NCBI RefSeq assembly: GCF_009914755.1
Contig: NC_060941.1
DNA from: the human T2T-CHM13v2.0 reference genome, Homo sapiens
DNA length: 64,000 nt
Strand: one strand, 5' to 3'
Shown one piece after another: positions 39,151 through 51,100 of the stretch. The notes under the pieces were generated by a model that was not told the DNA's origin, did not search any database, and saw only the letters and a list, made by a program, of their open reading frames with translations. The position numbers were made by a program, and so were the translations under genes. Within the stretch, counting starts at the first letter, position 1. Each line of letters starts with the position of its first letter.

Positions 39151-42100
39151 CGGAAGCATTCTCAGAAACTTCTTGGTGATGTTTGCATTCAAATCCCAGA
39201 GTTGAACCTTCCTTTGAGAGTTCAGGTTTGAAACACTCTTTTTGTAGGATCTGCAAGTGGATATTTGGACCACTCTGTGGCCTTCGTTCGAAACGGGTAC
39301 ATCTTCGCATAAAATCTAGACAGAAGCCTTCTCAGAAACTTCTCTGTGATGATTGCATTCAACTCACAGAGTAGAACCCTCCTATGGATAGAGCAGTGTT
39401 GAAACTCTCTTTTTGTGGAATCTGCAAGCGGATATGTGGACCTCTCCGAAGATGTCTTTGGCAACGGGAATATCTTCACATAAAAACTAAACAGAAGCAT
39501 TCTCAGAAACTTCTCTGTGATGTTTGTGTTCAACTCCCAGAGTTTCACATTGCTTCTCATAGAGTAGTTCTGAAACATGCTTTTCGTAGTGTCTGCAAGT
39601 GGACATTTGGAGCGCTTTCAGGCCTGTGGTGGAAAACGAATTATGGTCACATAAAAACTGGAGAGAAGCATTGTCAGAAACTTCTTTGTGATGATTGCAT
39701 TCAAGTCACAGAGTTGAAGGTTCCTTTTCAAAGAGCAGTTTCCAATCACTCTTTCTGTGGAATCTGCAAGTGGATATTTGGACCTCTTTGAAGATTTCGT
39801 TGGAAACGGGAGAATCTTCACAGAAAAGCTAAACAGAAGCATTCTCAGAAACTTCTTTGTGATGCTTGCATTCAACTCACAGAGTTGAACTTTCCTTTCG
39901 AGAGAGAAGCTTTGAAACACTCTTTTTCCAGAATCTGCAAGTGGACATTTGGAGGGCTTTGAGGCCTGTGGTGGAAAAGGAATTATCTTCCCGTAAAAGC
40001 TAGATAGAAGCATTCTCAGAAACTACTTTGTGATGATTGCATTCAAGTCACAGAGTTGAACATTCCCTTTGACAGAGCAGTTTGGAAACTCTCTTTGTGT
40101 AGAATCTGCAAGTGGAGATATGGACCGCTTTGAGGCCTATGGTAGTAAAGGAAATAGCTTCATATAAAAGCTAGACAGTAGCATTCACAGAAAACTCTTG
40201 GTGACGACTGAGTTTAACTCACAGAGCTGAATATTCCTTTGGATGGAGCAGTTTCGAAACACACTATTTCTAGAAGGTGCAAGTGGATATGTGGGCCTCT
40301 CTGAGGATTTCGTTGGAAACGGGATAAACCGCACAGAACTAAACAGAAGCATTCTCAGAACCTTCTTCGTGATGTTTGCATTCAACTCACAGTGTTGAAC
40401 CTTTCTTTGATAGTTCAGGTTTGAAACGGTCTTTCTGTGGAAACTGCAAGTAGATATTTGGACCTCTCTGAGGATTTCGTTGGAAACGGGATAAACCGCA
40501 CAGAACTAAAACAGAAGCATTCTCAGAACTCTCTTGGTGATGTTTGCATTCAACTCACGGTGCTGAACCTTTCTTTGATAGTTCAGCTTTGAAACACTCT
40601 TTTTGTAGAAACTGCAAGTGGATATTTGGTCCTCTCTGAGGATTTCGTTGGAAACGGGATAAACCGCACAGAACTAAACAGAAGCATTCTCAGAACCTTC
40701 TTCGTGATGTCTGCATTCAACTCACAGTGTGGAACCTTTCTTTGATAGTTCAGGTTTGAAACACTCTTTTTGTAGAAACTGCAAGGGGATCATTGCACTT
40801 CTTTGAGGCCTACCGTAGTAAAGGAGATAACTTCCTATAAAAAGAAGACAGAAGCTTTCTCAGAAAATTCTTTGGGATGATTGAGTTGAGCAAACAGAGC
40901 TGAACACTCCTTGTGATGTAGCAGTTTAGAAACACACTTTCTGCAGAATCTGCAAGTGCATATGTGGACCTCTCTGAGGAATTCGTTGGAAACGGGATAA
41001 TTTCAGCTGACTAAACAGAAGCAGTCTCAGAATCTTCTTTGTGATGTTTGCATTCAAATCCCTGAGTTGAACTTTCCTTTCCAAGTTCACGTTTGAAACA
41101 CTCTTTTTGCAGGATCTACAAGTGGATATTTGGACCACTCTGTGTCCTTCGTTCGAAACGGGTATATCTTCACATGACATCTAGACAGAAGCATTCTCAG
41201 AAGCTTCTCTGTGATGACTGCATTCAACTCACGGAGTTGAACACTCCTTTTGAGAGCGCAGTTTTGAAACTCTCTTTCTGTGGCATCTGCAAGGGGACAT
41301 GTAGACCTCTTTGAAGATTTCGTTGGAAACGGAATCATCTTCACATAAAAACTATACAGATGCATTCTCAGGAACTTTTTGGTGATGTTTGTATTCAACT
41401 CCCAGAGTTGAACTTTCCTTTGGAAAGAGCAGCTATGAAACACTCTTTTTCTAGAATCTGCAAGTGGACGTTTGGAGGGCTTTGTGGTTTGTGGTGGAAA
41501 AGGAAATATCTTCACCTAAATACTAGATAGAAGCATTCTCAGAAACTGCTTTGTGATGATTGCATTCACCTCACAGAGTTGAACATTCCTATTGATAGAG
41601 CAGTTTGGATACACTCTTGTTGTGGAATGTGCAAGTGGAGATTTGGAGCGCTTTGAGGCCTATGGTAGTAAAGGGAATAGCTTCATAGAAAAACTAGACA
41701 GAAGCATTCTCAGAAAATACTTTGTGATGATTGAGTTGAACTCACAGAGCTGAACATTCCTTTGGATGGAGCAGGTTTGAGACACACTTTTTGTAGAATC
41801 TACAAGTGGATATTTGGACCTCTCTGAGGATTTCGTTGGAAACGGGATAACTGCACCTAACTAAACGGAAGCATTCTCAGAAACTTCTTGGTGATGTTTG
41901 CATTCAAATCCCAGAGTTGAACCTTCCTTTGAGAGTTCAGGTTTGAAACACTCTTTTTGTAGGATCTGCAAGTGGATATTTGGACCACTCTGTGGCCTTC
42001 GTTCGAAACGGGTACATCTTCGCATAAAATCTAGACAGAAGCCTTCTCAGAAACTTCTCTGTGATGATTGCATTCAACTCACAGAGTTGAACCCTCCTAT

Positions 42101-45100
42101 GGATAGAGCAGTGTTGAAACTCTCTTTTTGTGGAATCTGCAAGCGGATATGTGGACCTCTCCGAAGATGTCTTTGGAAACGGGAATATCTTCACATAAAA
42201 ACTAAACAGAAGCATTCTCAGAAACTTCTCTGTGATGTTTGTGTTCAACTCCCAGAGTTTCACATTGCTTCTCATAGAGTAGTTCTGAAACATGCTTTTC
42301 GTAGTGTCTGCAAGTGGACATTTGGAGCGCTTTCAGGCCTGTGGTGGAAAACGAATTATGGTCACATAAAAACTGGAGAGAAGCATTGTCAGAAACTTCT
42401 TTGTGATGATTGCATACAAGTCACAGAGTTGAAGGTTCCTTTTCAAAGAGCAGTTTCCAATCACTCTTTCTGTGGAATCTGCAAGTGGATATTTGGACCT
42501 CTTTGAAGATTTCGTTGGAAACGGGAGAATCTTCACAAAAAAGATAAACAGAAGCATTCTCAGAAACTTCTTTGTGATGCTTGCATTCAACTCACAGAGT
42601 TGAACTTTCCTTTCGAGAGAGAAGCTTTGAAACACTCTTTTTCCAGAATCTGCAAGTGGACATTTGGAGGGCTTTGAGGCCTGTGGTGGAAAAGGAATTA
42701 TCTTCCCGTAAAAGCTAGATAGAAGCATTCTCAGAAACTACTTTGTGATGATTGCATTCAAGTCACAGAGTTGAACATTCCCTTTGACAGAGCAGTTTGG
42801 AAACTCTCTTTGTGTAGAATCTGCAAGTGGAGATATGGACCGCTTTGAGGCCTATGGTAGTAAAGGAAATAGCTTCATATAAAAGCTAGACAGTAGCTTT
42901 CACAGAAAACTCTTGGTGACGACTGAGTTTAACTCACAGAGCTGAACATTCCCTTGGATGGAGCAGTTTCGAAACACACTATTTGTAGAATGTGCAAGTG
43001 GATATGTGGGCCTCTCTGAGGATTTCGTTGGAAACGGGATAAACCGCACAGAACTAAACAGAAGCATTCTCAGAACCTTCTTCGTGATGTTTGCATTCAA
43101 CTCACAGTGTTGAACCTTTCTTTGATAGTTCAGGTTTGAAACGGTCTTTCCCTAGAAACTGCAAGTAGATATTTGGACCTCTCTGAGGATTTCGTTGGAA
43201 ACGGGATAAACCGCCCAGAACTAAAACAGAAGCATTCTCAGAACCCTCTTCGTGATGTTTGCATTCAACTCACAGTGTTGAACCTTTCTTTGATAGTTCA
43301 GGTTTGAAACGGTCTTTCTGTAGAAACTGCAAGTGGATATTTGGACCTCTCTGAGGATTTCGTTGGAAACGGGATAAACCGCACAGAACTAAACAGAAGC
43401 ATTCTCAGAACCTTCTTCGTGATGTCTGCGTTCAACTCACAGTGTGGAACCTTTCTTTGATAGTTCAGCTTTGAAACACTCTTTTTGTAGAAACTGCAAG
43501 GGGATCATTGCACTTCTTTGAGGCCTACCGTAGTAAAGGAGATAACTTCCTACAAAAAGAAGACAGAAGCTTTCTCAGAAAATTCTTTGGGATGATTGAG
43601 TTGAGCAAACAGAGCTGAACACTCCTTGTGATGTAGCAGTTTAGAAACACACTTTCTGCAGAATCTGCAAGTGCATATGTGGACCTCTCTGAGGAATTCG
43701 TTGGAAACGGGATAATTTCAGCTGACTAAACAGAAGTAGTCTCAGAATCTTCTTTGTGATGTTTGCATTCAAATCCCTGAGTTGAACTTTCCTTTCCAAG
43801 TTCACGTTTGAAACACTCTTTTTGCAGGATCTACAAGTGGATATTTGGACCACTCTGTGTCCTTCGTTCGAAACGGGTATATCTTCACATGACATCTAGA
43901 CAGAAGCATTCTCAGAAGCTTCTCTGTGATGACTGCATTCAACTCACGGAGTTGAACACTCCTTTTGAGAGCGCAGTTTTGAAACTCTCTTTCTGTGGCA
44001 TCTGCAAGGGGACATGTAGACCTCTTTGAAGATTTCGTTGGAAACGGAATCATCTTCACATCAAAACTATACAGATGCATTCTCAGGAACTTTTTGGTGA
44101 TGTTTGTATTCAACTCCCAGAGTTGAACTTTCCTTTGGAAAGAGCAGCTATGAAACACTCTTTTTCTAGAATCTGCAAGTGGACGTTTGGAGGGCTTTGT
44201 GGTTTGTGGTGGAAAAGGAAATATCTTCACCTAAATACTAGATAGAAGCATTCTCAGAAACTGCTTTGTGATGATTGCATTCACCTCACAGAGTTGAACA
44301 TTCCTATTGATAGAGCAGTTTGGAAACACTCTTGTTGTGGAATGTGCAAGTGGAGATTTGGAGCGCTTTGAGGCCTATGGTAGTAAAGGGAATAGCTTCA
44401 TAGAAAAACTAGACAGAAGCATTCTCAGAAAATACTTTGTGATGATTGAGTTGAACTCACAGAGCTGAACATTCCTTTGGATGGAGCAGGTTTGAGACAC
44501 ACTATTTGTAGAATCTACAAGTGGATATTTGGACATCGCTGAGGATTTCGTAGGAAACGGGATAACTGCACCTAACTAAACGGAAGCATTCTCAGAAACT
44601 TCTTGGTGATGTTTGCATTCAAATCCCAGAGTTGAACCTTCCTTTGAGAGTTCAGGTTTGAAACACTCTTTTTGTAGGATCTGCAAGTGGATATTTGGAC
44701 CACTCTGTGGCCTTCGTTCGAAACGGGTACATCTTCGCATAAAATCTAGACAGAAGCCTTCTCAGAAACTTCTCTGTGATGATTGCATTCAACTCACAGA
44801 GTTGAACCCTCCTATGGATAGAGCAGTGTTGAAACTCTCTTTTTGTGGAATCTGCAAGCGGATATGTGGACCTCTCCGAAGATGTCTTTGGAAACGGGAA
44901 TATCTTCACATAAAAACTAAACAGAAGCATTCTCAGAAACTTCTCTGTGATGTTTGTGTTCAACTCCCAGAGTTTCACATTGCTTCTCATAGAGTAGTTC
45001 TGAAACATGCTTTTCGTAGTGTCTGCAAGTGGACATTTGGAGCGCTTTCAGGCCTGTGGTGGAAAACGAATTATGGTCACATAAAAACTGGAGAGAAGCA

Positions 45101-48100
45101 TTGTCAGAAACTTCTTTGTGATGATTGCATACAAGTCACAGTGTTGAAGGTTCCTTTTCAAAGAGCAGTTTCCAATCACTCTTTCTGTGGAATCTGCAAG
45201 TGGATATTTGGACCTCTTTGAAGATTTCGTTGGAAACGGGAGAATCTTCACAGAAAAGCTAAACAGAAGCATTCTCAGAAACTTCTTTGTGATGCTTGCA
45301 TTCAACTCACAGAGTTGAACTTTCCTTTCGAGAGAGAAGCTTTGAAACACTCTTTTTCCAGAATCTGCAAGTGGACATTTGGAGGGCTTTGAGGCCTGTG
45401 GTGGAAAAGGAATTATCTTCCCGTAAAAGCTAGATAGAAGCATTCTCAGAAACTACTTTGTGATGATTGCATTCAAGTCACAGAGTTGAACATTCCCTTT
45501 GACAGAGCAGTTTGGAAACTCTCTTTGTGTAGAATCTGCAAGTGGAGATATGGACCGCTTTGAGGCCTATGGTAGTAAAGGAAATAGCTTCATATAAAAG
45601 CTAGACAGTAGCTTTCACAGAAAACTCTTGGTGACGACTGAGTTTAACTCACAGAGCTGAACATTCCTTTGGATGGAGCAGTTTCGAAACACACTATTTG
45701 TAGAATGTGCAAGTGGATATGTGGGCCTCTCTGAGGATTTCGTTGGAAACGGGATAAACCGCACAGAACTAAACAGAAGCATTCTCAGAACCTTCTTCGT
45801 GATGTTTGCATTCAACTCACAGTGTTGAACCTTTCTTTGATAGTTCAGGTTTGAAACGGTCTTTCTGTAGAAACTGCAAGTAGATATTTGGACCTCTCTG
45901 AGGATTTCGTTGGAAACGGGATAAACCTCACAGAACTAAAACAGAAGCATTCTCAGAACCCTCTTCGTGATGTTTGCATTCAACCCACGGTGCTGAACCT
46001 TTCTTTGATAGTTCAGCTTTGAAACACTCTTTTTGTAGAAACTGCAAGTGGATATTTGGTCCTCTCTGAGGATTTCGTTGGAAAAGGGATAAACCGCACA
46101 GAACTAAACAGAAGCATTCTCAGAACCTTCTTCGTGATGTCTGCGTTCAACTCACAGTGTGGAACCTTTCTTTGATAGTTCAGGTTTGAAACACTCTTTT
46201 TGTAGAAACTGCAAGGGGATCATTGCACTTCTTTGAGGCCTACCGTAGTAAAGGAGATAACTTCCTACAAAAAGAAGACAGAAGCTTTCTCAGAAAATTC
46301 TTTGGGATGATTGAGTTGAGCAAACAGAGCTGAACACTCCTTGTGATGTAGCAGTTTAGAAACACACTTTCTGCAGAATCTGCAAGTGCATATGTGGACC
46401 TCTCTGAGGAATTCGTTGGAAACGGGATAATTTCAGCTGACTAAACAGAAGTAGTCTCAGAATCTTCTTTGTGATGTTTGCATTCAAATCCCTGAGTTGA
46501 ACTTTCCTTTCCAAGTTCACGTTTGAAACACTCTTTTTGCAGGATCTACAAGTGGATATTTGGACCACTCTGTGTCCTTCGTTCGAAACGGGTATATCTT
46601 CACATGACATCTAGACAGAAGCATTCTCAGAAGCTTCTCTGTGATGACTGCATTCAACTCACGGAGTTGAACACTCCTTTTGAGAGCGCAGTTTTGAAAC
46701 TCTCTTTCTGTGGCATCTGCAAGGGGACATGTAGACCTCTTTGAAGATTTCGTTGGAAACGGAATCATCTTCACATCAAAACTATACAGATGCATTCTCA
46801 GGAACTTTTTGGTGATGTTTGTATTCAACTCCCAGAGTTGAACTTTCCTTTGGAAAGAGCAGCTATGAAACACTCTTTTTCTAGAATCTGCAAGTGGACG
46901 TTTGGAGGGCTTTGTGGTTTGTGGTGGAAAAGGAAATATCTTCACCTAAATACTAGATAGAAGCATTCTCAGAAACTGCTTTGTGATGATTGCATTCACC
47001 TCACAGAGTTGAACATTCCTATTGATAGAGCAGTTTGGAAACACTCTTGTTGTGGAATGTGCAAGTGGAGATTTGGAGCGCTTTGAGGCCTATGGTAGTA
47101 AAGGGAATAGCTTCATAGAAAAACTAGACAGAAGCATTCTCAGAAAATACTTTGTGATGATTGAGTTGAACTCACAGAGCTGAACATTCCTTTGGATGGA
47201 GCAGGTTTGAGACACACTTTTTGTAGAATCTACAAGTGGATATTTGGACCTCTCTGAGGATTTCGTTGGAAACGGGATAACTGCACCTAACTAAACGGAA
47301 GCATTCTCAGAAACTTCTTGGTGATGTTTGCATTCAAATCCCAGAGTTGAACCTTCCTTTGAGAGTTCAGGTTTGAAACACTCTTTTTGTAGGATCTGCA
47401 AGTGGATATTTGGACCACTCTGTGGCCTTCGTTCGAAACGGGTACATCTTCGCATAAAATCTAGACAGAAGCCTTCTCAGAAACTTCTCTGTGATGATTG
47501 CATTCAACTCACAGAGTTGAACCCTCCTATGGATAGAGCAGTGTTGAAACTCTCTTTTTGTGGAATCTGCAAGCGGATATGTGGACCTCTCCGAAGATGT
47601 CTTTGGAAACGGGAATATCTTCACATAAAAACTAAACAGAAGCATTCTCAGAAACTTCTCTGTGATGTTTGGGTTCAACTCCCAGAGTTTCACATTGCTT
47701 CTCATAGAGTAGTTCTGAAACATGCTTTTCGTAGTGTCTGCAAGTGGACATTTGGAGCGCTTTCAGGCCTGTGGTGGAAAACGAATTATGGTCACATAAA
47801 AACTGGAGAGAAGCATTGTCAGAAACTTCTTTGTGATGATTGCATACAAGTCACAGAGTTGAAGGTTCCTTTTCAAAGAGCAGTTTCCAATCACTCTTTC
47901 TGTGGAATCTGCAAGTGGATATTTGGACCTCTTTGAAGATTTCGTTGGAAACGGGAGAATCTTCACAGAAAAGCTAAACAGAAGCATTCTCAGAAACTTC
48001 TTTGTGATGCTTGCATTCAACTCACAGAGTTGAACTTTCCTTTCGAGAGAGAAGCTTTGAAACACTCTTTTTCCAGAATCTGCAAGTGGACATTTGGAGG

Positions 48101-51100
48101 GCTTTGAGGCCTGTGGTGGAAAAGGAATTATCTTCCCGTAAAAGCTAGATAGAAGCATTCTCAGAAACTACTTTGTGATGATTGCATTCAAGTCACAGAG
48201 TTGAACATTCCCTTTGACAGAGCAGTTTGGAAACTCTCTTTGTGTAGAATCTGCAAGTGGAGATATGGACCGCTTTGAGGCCTATGGTAGTAAAGGAAAT
48301 AGCTTCATATAAAAGCTAGACAGTAGCTTTCACAGAAAACTCTTGGTGACGACTGAGTTTAACTCACAGAGCTGAACATTCCTTTGGATGGAGCAGTTTC
48401 GAAACACACTATTTGTAGAATGTGCAAGTGGATATTTGGGCCTCTCTGAGGATTTCGTTGGAAACGGGATAAACCGCCCAGAACTAAACAGAAGCATTCT
48501 CAGAACCTTCTTCGTGATGTTTGCATTCAACTCACAGTGTTGAACCTTTCTTTGATAGTTCAGGTTTGAAACGGTCTTTCTGTAGAAACTGCAAGTAGAT
48601 ATTTGGACCTCTCTGAGGATTTCGTTGGAAACGGGATAAACCGCACAGAACTAAAACAGAAGCATTCTCAGAACCCTCTTCGTGATGTTTGCATTCAACC
48701 CACGGTGCTGAACCTTTCTTTGATAGTTCAGCTTTGAAACATTCTTTTTGTAGAAACTGCAAGTGGATATTTGGTCCTCTATGAGGATTTCGTTGGAAAC
48801 GGGATAAACCGCACAGAACTAAACAGAAGCATTCTCAGAACCTTCTTCGTGATGTCTGCGTTCAACTCACAGTGTGGAACCTTTCTTTGATAGTTCAGGT
48901 TTGAAACACTCTTTTTGTAGAAACTGCAAGGGGATCATTGCACTTCTTTGAGGCCTACCGTAGTAAAGGAGATAACTTCCTACAAAAAGAAGACAGAAGC
49001 TTTCTCAGAAAATTCTTTGGGATGATTGAGTTGAGCAAACAGAGCTGAACACTCCTTGTGATGTAGCAGTTTAGAAACACACTTTCTGCAGAATCTGCAA
49101 GTGCATATGTGGACCTCTCTGAGGAATTCGTTGGAAACGGGATAATTTCACCTGACTAAACAGAAGTAGTCTCAGAATCTTCTTTGTGATGTTTGCATTC
49201 AAATCCCTGAGTTGAACTTTCCTTTCCAAGTTCACGTTTGAAACACTCTTTTTGCAGGATCTACAAGTGGATATTTGGACCACTCTGTGTCCTTCGTTCG
49301 AAACGGGTATATCTTCACATGACATCTAGACAGAAGCATTCTCAGAAGCTTCTCTGTGATGACTGCATTCAACTCACGGAGTTGAACACTCCTTTTGAGA
49401 GCGCAGTTTTGAAACTCTCTTTCTGTGGCATCTGCAAGGGGACATGTAGACCTCTTTGAAGATTTCGTTGGAAACGGAATCATCTTCACATCAAAACTAT
49501 ACAGATGCATTCTCAGGAACTTTTTGGTGATGTTTGTATTCAACTCCCAGAGTTGAACTTTCCTTTGGAAAGAGCAGCTATGAAACACTCTTTTTCTAGA
49601 ATCTGCAAGTGGACGTTTGGAGGGCTTTGTGGTTTGTGGTGGAAAAGGAAATATCTTCACCTAAATACTAGATAGAAGCATTCTCAGAAACTGCTTTGTG
49701 ATGATTGCATTCACCTCACAGAGTTGAACATTCCTATTGATAGAGCAGTTTGGAAACACTCTTGTTGTGGAATGTGCAAGTGGAGATTTGGAGCGCTTTG
49801 AGGCCTATGGTAGTAAAGGGAATAGCTTCATAGAAAAACTAGACAGAAGCATTCTCAGAAAATACTTTGTGATGATTGAGTTGAACTCACAGAGCTGAAC
49901 ATTCCTTTGGATGGAGCAGGTTTGAGACACACTTTTTGTAGAATCTACAAGTGGATATTTGGACCTCTCTGAGGATTTCGTTGGAAACGGGATAACTGCA
50001 CCTAACTAAACGGAAGCATTCTCAGAAACTTCTTGGTGATGTTTGCATTCAAATCCCAGAGTTGAACCTTCCTTTGAGAGTTCAGGTTTGAAACACTCTT
50101 TTTGTAGGATCTGCAAGTGGATATTTGGACCACTCTGTGGCCTTCGTTCGAAACGGGTACATCTTCGCATAAAATCTAGACAGAAGCCTTCTCAGAAACT
50201 TCTCTGTGATGATTGCATTCAACTCACAGAGTTGAACCCTCCTATGGATAGAGCAGTGTTGAAACTCTCTTTTTGTGGAATCTGCAAGCGGATATGTGGA
50301 CCTCTCCGAAGATGTCTTTGGAAACGGGAATATCTTCACATAAAAACTAAACAGAAGCATTCTCAGAAACTTCTCTGTGATGTTTGTGTTCAACTCCCAG
50401 AGTTTCACATTGCTTCTCATAGAGTAGTTCTGAAACATGCTTTTCGTAGTGTCTGCAAGTGGACATTTGGAGCGCTTTCAGGCCTGTGGTGGAAAACGAA
50501 TTATGGTCACATAAAAACTGGAGAGAAGCATTGTCAGAAACTTCTTTGTGATGATTGCATACAAGTCACAGAGTTGAAGGTTCCTTTTCAAAGAGCAGTT
50601 TCCAATCACTCTTTCTGTGGAATCTGCAAGTGGATATTTGGACCTCTTTGAAGATTTCGTTGGAAACGGGAGAATCTTCACAGAAAAGCTAAACAGAAGC
50701 ATTCTCAGAAACTTCTTTGTGATGCTTGCATTCAACTCACAGAGTTGAACTTTCCTTTCGAGAGAGAAGCTTTGAAACACTCTTTTTCCAGAATCTGCAA
50801 GTGGACATTTGGAGGGCTTTGAGGCCTGTGGTGGAAAAGGAATTATCTTCCCGTAAAAGCTAGATAGAAGCATTCTCAGAAACTACTTTGTGATGATTGC
50901 ATTCAAGTCACAGAGTTGAACATTCCCTTTGACAGAGCAGTTTGGAAACTCTCTTTGTGTAGAATCTGCAAGTGGAGATATGGACCGCTTTGAGGCCTAT
51001 GGTAGTAAAGGAAATAGCTTCATATAAAAGCTAGACAGTAGCTTTCACAGAAAACTCTTGGTGACGACTGAGTTTAACTCACAGAGCTGAACATTCCTTT

